A stretch of DNA of 17,060 bases from an archaeon (GTDB lineage: Archaea; Iainarchaeota; Iainarchaeia; Iainarchaeales; 1-14-0-10-31-34): the NCBI GenBank assembly GCA_043819075.1, contig JBDRFE010000005.1, positions 1-17,060 of the forward strand. The letters are read 5' to 3'. The notes below the pieces were generated by a model. The model saw only the letters and a program-made list of their open reading frames with translations. It was not told where the DNA came from and ran no database searches. This document shows, in pieces, positions 7,253-15,817 of this stretch (position 1 is its first letter; the number at the start of each line of letters is the position of its first letter). A program made the translations under genes and the position numbers.

Positions 7253-8082
7253 TGAAAGTAAGGCTTGAAGGAATAAAAGTTGTTTTTCCTGAACTGGAAA
7301 TAGATTTTTCAGCTGAAATTACATCTGGAAGCTTTACTTCAATTGTTGGGCCATCAGGCTGCGGAAAAACAACTTTATTGAAAACAATTTCTGGTTTGCT
7401 TGAAGCAGAAACTGGAAGGATTTTTTTCGGAGAAAAAGAGGTAACAATAATTCCTGCAGAAAAAAGGAATACTGGCTTTGTTTTCCAGGGAGACGCATTG
7501 TTTTCTCATTTAAATGTATTTGATAACATCGCTTTTGGCTTAAGGATGAGAAAAGAAAAAAACATTGAAGAAAAAGTTTTGAAAGCCCTTGAATTAGTTC
7601 ATTTAAAGGGATTTGAAAAAAGAAATGTGAATAATTTGAGCGGAGGAGAAAAAAGAAGAACTGCAATTGCAAGGGCAGTTGCTTTTAAGCCTGACTTGCT
7701 GTTATTGGATGAGCCGTTAAACGGGTTAGATGCAAAATTAAAGGAAAAAATGAAAGTGTTTTTGAAAGAATTAAGCGAAAAAACTAAACTGACTATAATA
7801 ATGGTTTCTCATGACATTGATGAAGCCTTTTTTTTGAGTGACAAAATTATTGTAATGAATTTAGGGAAAATAGAGCAACAGGATACTCCGGAAAAAATTT
7901 TTTTGCAGCCTGAAAACGAGTTTGTAAGAGATTTTGTTTCGGATTACATTTTAGTTGAAGGCAAAAAAAAGTCTGTTAACGGAAAAGATTTTATTGAAGG
8001 AAAGTTTTTGCTGCCTGCAAAAAAAGGCAGGGGAAAAGCTTTCATTAACTTCAAAAAAACCAATTACAAAATGGTTGAATAA
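7252..8082 (+). CDS. thiQ: Thiamine ABC transporter ATP-binding subunit
   Basis: Walker A GPSGCGKT, signature LSGGE, Walker B LLLLDEP, H-loop SHD. Coupled to thiP via TAATG. Substrate assigned from context. Confidence 0.85.
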   Translation: MKVRLEGIKVVFPELEIDFSAEITSGSFTSIVGPSGCGKTTLLKTISGLLEAETGRIFFGEKEVTIIPAEKRNTGFVFQGDALFSHLNVFDNIAFGLRMRKEKNIEEKVLKALELVHLKGFEKRNVNNLSGGEKRRTAIARAVAFKPDLLLLDEPLNGLDAKLKEKMKVFLKELSEKTKLTIIMVSHDIDEAFFLSDKIIVMNLGKIEQQDTPEKIFLQPENEFVRDFVSDYILVEGKKKSVNGKDFIEGKFLLPAKKGRGKAFINFKKTNYKMVE

Positions 8083-8124
8083 TCATTGTTAAGCTTTAAA
8101 AAAACACCCTTAAATATATATTTC

Positions 8125-10032
8125 ATGGCTGATATTGAAATCACTTTGCCTGATAATTCTGTGAAAAAATTCAAGAAAGGAGTTACTGGATTAGAGATAG
8201 CAAAAAAAATCGGGGAAAAACTAGCCAAAGACGCTTTAGCTGTCAGAGTGAACGACGAATTAAAGCCATTGAATTACAAAATAGAAGAAAACGCGAAAAT
8301 AAAAATTGCGACAAGAAACTCTGCTGACGGATTAGAAGTTTTAAGGCACTCTTGCTCTCATGTAATGGCAGAAGCAGTAAAAGAATTATGGCCAAACGTA
8401 AAAATAGCTATTGGCCCTGCAATTGAAACAGGATTTTATTATGATTTCCTCAAAAAAGAGCCTTTTTCAGAAGAAGACTTAACAAAAATACAGGAAAAAA
8501 TGAGTGAAATCATAAAACAAAACCATGAATTCAAGAGAAAAGAAATGAAAAAAGAAGAAGCAAAAAAGTTTTTCGAACAAAAAGGAGAAAAATTTAAGGC
8601 AGAATTAATTGAAGAATTAGAGGGAAAAATTTCTTTTTATGAATCAGGAAAATTCATTGACTTATGCAAAGGCCCTCATGTAAAAAAAACCGGCGAAATA
8701 AAAGCCTTTAAACTGCTTTCAACCGGAGGCTCTTACTGGAGGGGAGACGAAAAAAATGACTCGCTTCAAAGAATTTACGGCACAGCATTTTTTTCCCAAA
8801 AAGATTTAGAAGAGTTTTTAAAACAAAAAGAGGAAGCAGAAAAACGCGACCACAGGAAAATAGGAAAAGAACTGGATTTGTTTTCAGTTAACGAAAAAGT
8901 GGGAGCAGGATTTATTTTATGGCACCCGAAAGGAACAGCTTTAAGGAATGCAGTAATGAAGTTTGACGAAGAAGAACACATTAAAAGAGGCTATGAGTTT
9001 GTAACAACCCCCCATATATTCAAGGGAGACACCTGGAAGACTTCAGGGCACTACAATTACTATAAAGAAAACATGTATTTTTTGAAAATAGATGAACAAG
9101 AATACGGGGTAAAGCCAATGAACTGCCCTGCACACATAATGATTTACAAAAGCAACCAGCATTCATACAAAGAGCTTCCAATAAAATTTTTTGAATTCGG
9201 CACAGTATACAGATACGAAAAATCCGGCGTATTAGGAGGATTGTTCAGGGTAAGAGGTTTTACACAAGATGATGCACACATTTTCTGTACAGAAGAACAA
9301 TTAAAAGAAGAAATAAAAAAAGTAATTGAATTCTGCCAGCACATCTACAAAGTTTTTGGCTTCAATGAATTCAAGGTAAAGCTTTCAACCAGGCCGGAAA
9401 ATTCTGTCGGAACACAAGAGCAATGGGATAAAGCAACAAATGCATTAAAAGAATCATTAAATGAAATGAAAATTGAATTTGAAACAGACGAAGGCGAAGG
9501 AGTCTTTTATGGGCCAAAAATTGATTTCAAAGTAAAAGATGCAATTAACAGGGAATGGCAGTTAAGCACTATTCAAGTTGACTTTAATTTGCCTGAAAGA
9601 TTTGATGCAACCTTTGTCGGCGCAGACTCAAAAAAACACAGGGCAGTAATGATTCACAGGGCAATCTTTGGCTCATTAGAAAGATTCATCGGAATACTCA
9701 TAGAACATTTTGAAGGAAAATTTCCTTTATGGCTTAGCCCAGTGCAGTTCAAGGTAATTGCAGTAGGGGAAAAATTCGAGGAATACGCAAAAAAAGTAAG
9801 TGAAAAACTGAAAGAAAACGGTTTTAGAGTGGAATTAGATTTAAGGGCTGAAACTGTTTCATACAAGATAAGAGAAGCACAAATGCAAAAAATTCCTTTT
9901 GTTTTGGTTGCAGGCCAAAGGGAAGCAGAAAACAATTCAATTACTTCAAGGGACAGGACAGGAAAACAAAAAACTGTTTCAATAGAAGAATTCATTGAAG
10001 AAATGAAAAAAGAAGTCAAAGAAAAAAAGTAA
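8125..10032 (+). CDS. thrS: Threonine--tRNA ligase, bacterial-type (TGS + editing + catalytic + anticodon-binding domains)
   Basis: ITLPD TGS start, RHSCSH and DLCKGPH editing motifs, RDHRKIG, KPMNCP, FTQDDAHIF, FYGPKID, IHRAIFGSLERF. ATG 8125 lies about 25 nt after a TTTAAAAA box (8095-8102). Confidence 0.97.
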   Translation: MADIEITLPDNSVKKFKKGVTGLEIAKKIGEKLAKDALAVRVNDELKPLNYKIEENAKIKIATRNSADGLEVLRHSCSHVMAEAVKELWPNVKIAIGPAIETGFYYDFLKKEPFSEEDLTKIQEKMSEIIKQNHEFKRKEMKKEEAKKFFEQKGEKFKAELIEELEGKISFYESGKFIDLCKGPHVKKTGEIKAFKLLSTGGSYWRGDEKNDSLQRIYGTAFFSQKDLEEFLKQKEEAEKRDHRKIGKELDLFSVNEKVGAGFILWHPKGTALRNAVMKFDEEEHIKRGYEFVTTPHIFKGDTWKTSGHYNYYKENMYFLKIDEQEYGVKPMNCPAHIMIYKSNQHSYKELPIKFFEFGTVYRYEKSGVLGGLFRVRGFTQDDAHIFCTEEQLKEEIKKVIEFCQHIYKVFGFNEFKVKLSTRPENSVGTQEQWDKATNALKESLNEMKIEFETDEGEGVFYGPKIDFKVKDAINREWQLSTIQVDFNLPERFDATFVGADSKKHRAVMIHRAIFGSLERFIGILIEHFEGKFPLWLSPVQFKVIAVGEKFEEYAKKVSEKLKENGFRVELDLRAETVSYKIREAQMQKIPFVLVAGQREAENNSITSRDRTGKQKTVSIEEFIEEMKKEVKEKK

Positions 10033-10049
10033 TCTTTTTCTTAGTTAAA

Positions 10050-10057
10050 TTTAAATA
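10050..10057 (+). promoter_or_regulatory. Putative TATA box of the pilus operon
   Basis: TTTAAATA about 30 nt upstream of ATG 10086, overlapping the palindrome TTAAATTTAA (10045-10054). A T-rich tract just after the thrS stop may be a terminator. Confidence 0.4.
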
Positions 10058-10085
10058 ATCTAAAGCGGTGTTGTTATAGAGTATT

Positions 10086-13000
10086 ATGCCTAAATACCTG
10101 ACTGATTTAATCAAGAAAGCCAAGCGCATTAAAACAGAAGAAGATGAAATACACCCCAAACAGGAAAAAAAAGAAGTCAGGGAAGAAGAAGTAAAAAAAG
10201 TAATGCTTCCAGCCAAAAAAGAAAAAGAAAGAAAGAGCCTTGAACTCCAAAGAGAATTAGAAAAAAAAGTTCCGGGAAAAAAACAGAAAGAAGAACCAGA
10301 AGAAGAAAAACAAAAAACTGAAACAATTGTTTCAAGCGTTGACCTTGAATTAGAGTCAATGGATAAAAAAGAAATTGATTCTTATGGCGAAGTAAAAATT
10401 TACAAGGTTCCTGGAAAAGTTTTGCTTTATTATGTTGTTCCAGTAAGCAAGCCGACTTTAGGGGAAAGAACAATAATCAACACAATAAAAGAGGCTGCAA
10501 CAAGACTGATTTCAATTGCACCATACAAAATAAGGGACCCGGAACAAAGAAGAACAGTTTACAAACAAAAAATAATCGAGATTTTAAGGGCTTCAACTGA
10601 AATGAATATTCCTGAAAGAAGATTCAACTTTTATGCTGAATCAGTTGTAAGGGAAATGGTTGGATACGGCTTAATTGATTCTTTAGTTAGAGACGACCAG
10701 TTAGAAGAAATAATGGTTATTGGCTCGAAAAAACCTGTTTACGTTTTTCACAGAAAACACGAAATGATGGTAACAAACATTGAATTCTTTTCTGATTCAG
10801 AAATAATTGACCTGATTAACAGGATTGCAAGAGAAGTAGGAAGAAGAGTGGACATGTCAGCCCCATTACTTGATGCAAGACTACCAAATGGCTCTAGGGT
10901 AAACGCAACAATTCCTCCTGCATCAATTTCCGGCTCAAGCCTAACCATAAGAAAATTCAGGGAAGACCCTTACTCAATAATTGACTTGATTAATTACGGA
11001 ACATTTGACGTAAAAAGCGCTGCATTCCTTTGGTTATGCGTTGACGGATTAGGGGTAAAACCTGCAAACGTTTTGATTACAGGAGGAACTGGTTCAGGAA
11101 AAACAACTACCTTAAATGTTTTAGCTTCTTTTATCCCAGAAAGAGAAAGAATTGTAACAATAGAAGACAGTGTTGATGCAGAAGAAGAAATAATTGTTTT
11201 CAGGGATGGCAAGCCACAAAAAGTTAAGATAGGGGAATTAGTGGATAAAAAGATTCAGGAAAACGGATGCAATTACTTTTATTCAGGGCATGAAAGCTGC
11301 CTTAACTTTGAGGATATTGAAACTTTTTGCTTTGATGAAAAAGGAAAAATCAGTAAAAAGCCAATTCATTCTTTCATCAGGCACAAAACAAACAAGAAAA
11401 TGTATGAAATTGTTTTCAGAAGCGGAAGAAAAGTAAAGGTAACAGAAGACCACTCGCTTTTTTCTTTAAACGAAAAAGCAGAAATCAGCCCAATAAAAAC
11501 AAGCGAACTAAAAGAAGGCAGCTTTCTGGCTGCTCCAAGAGAACTTCCATTTGAATCCAAAGGCTTAAAAGAAATTGATTTGTTTGAACACCTTGAGAAA
11601 CTGAAAAAATGCTTTATTTTAGGAAAACCTGTTGAAAAAGAACTGAAAAAAATTGACAGAAAAACACTTGAAAAACACAGTGCAGGAAAAACAAAAAATG
11701 GCAGGAAATGCTCTGCAAATGCATGGAAAAGAACAGGAATAATACGGACTGAATTACTTGATGAATTACACAAAAACGGGTTAATTGAATTAAAAGATAA
11801 AGAAAATATTTTTCTGAAACCAAAAGTCAATTCAAGAAAAATACCTTTAAGCATAAAATTAGATGAAGTTTTCCTCGAATTTATCGGATTCTGGATTGCA
11901 GACGGATGCTATGACAAAAACAGCGTAATACTTTCAACTGACGACAAGGAAGTTGAATCCATAATAAAAGAAGTTGCAGGAAGATTTAACGCCAACGTAA
12001 AAATGCATTCAGATAAATTCAGCCTAATGATTAACTCAAGCATGCTGAAAAAAATTATGCAGGATGTATTGGGCTTAACAGGAAAAGCATTCACCAAAAA
12101 AATGCCTGCATGGATGGATGAATTAAATAATGAACAAATATGCTGGGTTCTGAAAGGATACTTTTCAGGGGACGGCACAATAGCAAAAAATGAAGTGGAA
12201 TGGACTTCGTGTTCAGAACAATTAATGAAAGACATCCAAACAATGCTGTTAAGGAACGGAATAATGGCAAGGACGGCAACAAAAAGATACTTTAAGGACA
12301 AGTCATTTAAAGGGAGGATTTCATCTTATGCTCAAATAAAACAATTCATTGAAAAAATCAGTTTCATTCAGGAAGGCAAAAACAGCAGGGCATTAAATGT
12401 TGCATTAAAAAGACAAGCAACACACGACTCAACTGATTTGATTCCCTTGCCTGCAAGCTTTCTTCAGTCAAAAAAACAAGAACTTAAGTTACAGCACGAA
12501 TATTATTCAGGGAATTCAAGGCTTGGAAGAAGGTTTTTGCAGAAAATGGTTTCTTTTTCAGAAAGCAGTGAACTTGAAATGCTTGCAGGCACAGACATTT
12601 TCTGGGACCAGGTGAAAGAAATAAAACTTCTTCCAAAAAAAGAAAGGTTTGTTTATGACTTGTCTGTTCCAGGATACGAAAACTTTGTTTGCTCTAATGT
12701 TTTTGTCCACAACACAGCAGAATTAAACCTGCCATTAAAGCACATAATCAGTTTAGAAGCAAGGCCTCCTGGATTAGAAGGAACAGGAGAAATCACGCTT
12801 GACATACTAACAAAAAACTCTTTGAGGATGAGGCCAGACAGAGTAATAGTGGGAGAAGTAAGGCATGATGAGGCATTCACTTTGTTTACAGCAATGAACA
12901 CTGGGCATGATGGAGCAGTAACCGGAGAAACATTAATTCAGTTAAGTGACGGAAACATTCTTGAAATTGAAAAAATAGTGGAAAAAGAGTTCAATGAAAA

Positions 13001-14654
13001 AGAAGCAGTAAAAGAAAAAGATTTTGAGTTCATTGAACTAGGAAAAAAAGAAATCAAAGTTCCTTCATTTAACAAGCAAACCCTGAAAATCGAAGACAAA
13101 AAAGTAACTCATGTTTGGAGAAAAAAAACAAAAACAAAACTGAAAAAAATCAAGCTCAAAAGCGGAAAAGAACTGCATTTAACTAAAGACCATCCTGTTT
13201 ACAGAATCAGCAACGGCTTACAGGAAATAAATTCAGAGGAAGCAAAAGCAGGGGATTTTATTGTGGTGCCAGCTGAAATAAAAGTTTGCACTGAAAAAGA
13301 ATTAATTAAGCCTTATTTAATGGGGTTAATTTACGGCGACGGGCACCTTGGAAGAGAAGCAATACAGTTTGTTAATGCAGAAGAATCATTAATTGAATCA
13401 TTTAAAAGAGAAATAACTCCTTTAACTGAAAACAAAGTAAGCCAGTTTGACTACAACGGATTTTCAAGAGTCCAGTTATGTGACAAAAAATTAATTCAGA
13501 AAATACACCAGGAATATGAAATGCCAATAGGCAACAAAACTAAAACATTCAGGTTCACTGAAAAAATTCTTTCAGCAAAAAACAATGAGCTTGCTTTATT
13601 GATTAGGGGATTGCACGACAGCGAAGCACACGTGAATTTGCAGGCAAACTGCATTCAGTTCAGTACATCAAACAAAGACCTTGCAAGAAAACTGCCTTTA
13701 ATTCTGTTAAGATTTGGGATAAGCTCTTCAAGTTACAGTCAGGAAAAAGACGGAAAAGGAAATTTTGGGCCATATTACAGGATTTCGGTTTACGGAAAAG
13801 ATAATCTTGAAAAATTCAGGGAAAAAATCGGTTTTGAACACAAGAAGAAAAAAGAAAAACTTGAACTGCTAATAGAAAAATCAAAGCAAAGCCTTGACTT
13901 GATTCCAAACACTGAAAGGCTGATTAAAACTGCAAGGCTTGAAAACAGGATGACTCAAACAGAATTAAATGTACTGCTTGGAACAAAAACGCGAAGTGTA
14001 GTAGAAGCATATGAAACAAAAAAAAGGAATCCTTCAAGAAAAAAATTAAAAGAAATAATTAATTTGCTGGAAGGAAATACTGCAAGACAACTTAAAATTC
14101 TGGCTGAATCAGACTTAAAGTTTGAAAAAATTGTTTCAGCTGAAGAAACAGAATTCGAAGGATTTTTGTATGACCTGACAGTAGAAGACAATCACAATTA
14201 TATTGCAAATGGAATGCTTATTTCAAATTGTTTAGGAACAATTCACGCTAACTCTCCCCAAGAGACTTTAGTAAGGGTTACAAGCCCGCCGATGAATGTT
14301 CCAGAAGTAATGCTTTCAGGATTAGATTTGGTTGTAGTAGAGCATAGGATTCACGACAAGAAAAAAGGCACTATCAGGAGAATAACTGAAATAGCTGAAG
14401 TAACAGGAGTGTTACAAAACAAGACTTCAACTCAGACATTATTTGAAAGAGACCCGATAAAAGACAAGTTAGTGAAAACAGACATTGAAAGCGAATACAT
14501 TAAAACTTTAATGAAGTTCACTGGATATACTGCAAAACAAATTGAACAAGAGTTAAGGGAAAGAGAGGACGTGCTTGAAAAATTAATTGACAAAAAGGTT
14601 AATAAAATGGAAGACGTTGTTTCTGCAATACATGAGCATTTGGAAAAGAAGTGA
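10086..14654 (+). CDS. Type IV/Tad pilus assembly ATPase (CpaF/TadA/VirB11/KlbA family) containing two inteins; 1522-aa precursor, 569-aa spliced product
   Basis: LEEIMVIG, PLLDARLPNGSRVNA, LTIRKF, Walker A GGTGSGKTT, Asp box TIED/TAEL (split), LRMRPDRVIVGEVR, His box NTGHDG/CLGTIHA (split). Followed by two T2SS-F genes and a pilin. Confidence 0.94.
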   Translation: MPKYLTDLIKKAKRIKTEEDEIHPKQEKKEVREEEVKKVMLPAKKEKERKSLELQRELEKKVPGKKQKEEPEEEKQKTETIVSSVDLELESMDKKEIDSYGEVKIYKVPGKVLLYYVVPVSKPTLGERTIINTIKEAATRLISIAPYKIRDPEQRRTVYKQKIIEILRASTEMNIPERRFNFYAESVVREMVGYGLIDSLVRDDQLEEIMVIGSKKPVYVFHRKHEMMVTNIEFFSDSEIIDLINRIAREVGRRVDMSAPLLDARLPNGSRVNATIPPASISGSSLTIRKFREDPYSIIDLINYGTFDVKSAAFLWLCVDGLGVKPANVLITGGTGSGKTTTLNVLASFIPERERIVTIEDSVDAEEEIIVFRDGKPQKVKIGELVDKKIQENGCNYFYSGHESCLNFEDIETFCFDEKGKISKKPIHSFIRHKTNKKMYEIVFRSGRKVKVTEDHSLFSLNEKAEISPIKTSELKEGSFLAAPRELPFESKGLKEIDLFEHLEKLKKCFILGKPVEKELKKIDRKTLEKHSAGKTKNGRKCSANAWKRTGIIRTELLDELHKNGLIELKDKENIFLKPKVNSRKIPLSIKLDEVFLEFIGFWIADGCYDKNSVILSTDDKEVESIIKEVAGRFNANVKMHSDKFSLMINSSMLKKIMQDVLGLTGKAFTKKMPAWMDELNNEQICWVLKGYFSGDGTIAKNEVEWTSCSEQLMKDIQTMLLRNGIMARTATKRYFKDKSFKGRISSYAQIKQFIEKISFIQEGKNSRALNVALKRQATHDSTDLIPLPASFLQSKKQELKLQHEYYSGNSRLGRRFLQKMVSFSESSELEMLAGTDIFWDQVKEIKLLPKKERFVYDLSVPGYENFVCSNVFVHNTAELNLPLKHIISLEARPPGLEGTGEITLDILTKNSLRMRPDRVIVGEVRHDEAFTLFTAMNTGHDGAVTGETLIQLSDGNILEIEKIVEKEFNEKEAVKEKDFEFIELGKKEIKVPSFNKQTLKIEDKKVTHVWRKKTKTKLKKIKLKSGKELHLTKDHPVYRISNGLQEINSEEAKAGDFIVVPAEIKVCTEKELIKPYLMGLIYGDGHLGREAIQFVNAEESLIESFKREITPLTENKVSQFDYNGFSRVQLCDKKLIQKIHQEYEMPIGNKTKTFRFTEKILSAKNNELALLIRGLHDSEAHVNLQANCIQFSTSNKDLARKLPLILLRFGISSSSYSQEKDGKGNFGPYYRISVYGKDNLEKFREKIGFEHKKKKEKLELLIEKSKQSLDLIPNTERLIKTARLENRMTQTELNVLLGTKTRSVVEAYETKKRNPSRKKLKEIINLLEGNTARQLKILAESDLKFEKIVSAEETEFEGFLYDLTVEDNHNYIANGMLISNCLGTIHANSPQETLVRVTSPPMNVPEVMLSGLDLVVVEHRIHDKKKGTIRRITEIAEVTGVLQNKTSTQTLFERDPIKDKLVKTDIESEYIKTLMKFTGYTAKQIEQELREREDVLEKLIDKKVNKMEDVVSAIHEHLEKK
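11169..12713 (+). mobile_element. Intein 1 (515 aa, Ser1 start, His-Asn end, Thr+1) with LAGLIDADG homing endonuclease
   Basis: Block A SVDAEEEIIV, block B VKVTEDHSLF, block C FIGFWIADG, block E LKGYFSGDG, block F VYDLSVPGYENF, block G VFVHN/T. Removal restores RIVTIED-TAEL. Confidence 0.92.
12915..14228 (+). mobile_element. Intein 2 (438 aa, Ala1 start, Ser-Asn end, Cys+1), KlbA-type class 2, with LAGLIDADG endonuclease and XRE-like HTH
   Basis: Block A AVTGETLIQL, block B LHLTKDHPVY, block C LMGLIYGDG, block E IRGLHDSEA, block F LYDLTVEDNHNY, block G MLISN/C. Removal restores MNTGHDG-CLGTIHANS. Confidence 0.92.
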
Positions 14655-14659
14655 AAAAA

Positions 14660-15814
14660 ATGAGTGAAAAAGTAGGCGACTTAAGAAAAATAATTGAAGA
14701 AAAAAAAGGGAAAAAACAGGTTAAGTCAACCTATGATAAAGAAGAAGTGGAAAAAATAGTAGAAAGAATGAAAAGAAAGTACTCTGAAGAAGGAATGGAA
14801 TTAGAGGAAGTAGGCGGAAGATTAAAAGAATTAAGAGGAATGATAGCTGACGGAAAACAAAAAGAATTAGAGGTTCAGACAGTAGAAGACTTAAAAGTGT
14901 TTAATTCCCCTATGGTAAGGCAGTTAGGAAAATTTTACCTTGCATTAAAGGCAATAACCAAGCCAATGGAAAAATTAATCAGCAAGCTTCCGCAGGTAAA
15001 ACAACTCAGCTTTTACCTGTATAGTGCTAATATGAAGATTTCAGCAAAACAATTCCTTGCAATAATTACTTCAATTGCATTAATTGTGTTTGTTTTTTCA
15101 ATAATTCTTTTAAGTGCACTGACTTTTGCTTTGTTCCCTGAAGCTCCAATGCTCACTAAAAGCCTGCTAGTGTTAATTGTAAGCTTGTTGTTCACTTTCA
15201 TGGCAGTAATAATTGGTTTTTTGATTCCAAGAAGAAAAGCAATGTCTAGAGGGGATTCAGTTTCAAGAGAGCTTCCGTTTGCTTTAAGGCATATGGCAAC
15301 AGAATTAAAATCAGGCTTAGGGTTATACAGAACCATTCAGACAATTGCTTTAGCTGATTACGGTGAATTAAGCGAAGAATTTTCCAGGACAATAAATGAA
15401 ATAGAAGAAGGAACTGACACAAAACTTGCATTAAGGCATTTAGCTTTAAGGACTCAGTCAAAGGCTTTAAGGAACTCTTTAATCCATGTTATCAGGGCTT
15501 TAAGGACCGGAGGAAATTTGTCTATTATAATGAATGACATTGCAGATGACGTGTCTTTTTCTTTGAGAATGAAGATAAAAGACTTTGGCCAGAAAATGAA
15601 TTTTTTTGCAACAATATTCATTTACCTGGCAATAGTAATTCCGGTGTTTGTTTCAATTTTAGGCGGCATAAAAATTACTCCAATCCAGTCAGGCAGTGTC
15701 TTTCAGTCGCTTCCATTAGGGATACCGGTTCTGGCTGTATTCTTTTTAATTTTCATGCCATTATTGTTAGGTTATCTGGTGTTTTTTATTTCTTTAAGCC
15801 AGCCAAAGGTGTAA
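14660..15814 (+). CDS. Type II secretion system F-domain pilus platform protein (TadB/TadC-like), first copy
   Basis: TM helices flanking 'ELPFALRHMATELKSGLGL...DYGELSEEF...IEEG...RTGGNL'. An alternative GTG start at 14651 overlaps the ATPase stop (GTGA). Confidence 0.88.
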   Translation: MSEKVGDLRKIIEEKKGKKQVKSTYDKEEVEKIVERMKRKYSEEGMELEEVGGRLKELRGMIADGKQKELEVQTVEDLKVFNSPMVRQLGKFYLALKAITKPMEKLISKLPQVKQLSFYLYSANMKISAKQFLAIITSIALIVFVFSIILLSALTFALFPEAPMLTKSLLVLIVSLLFTFMAVIIGFLIPRRKAMSRGDSVSRELPFALRHMATELKSGLGLYRTIQTIALADYGELSEEFSRTINEIEEGTDTKLALRHLALRTQSKALRNSLIHVIRALRTGGNLSIIMNDIADDVSFSLRMKIKDFGQKMNFFATIFIYLAIVIPVFVSILGGIKITPIQSGSVFQSLPLGIPVLAVFFLIFMPLLLGYLVFFISLSQPKV

Positions 15815-15817
15815 TTT

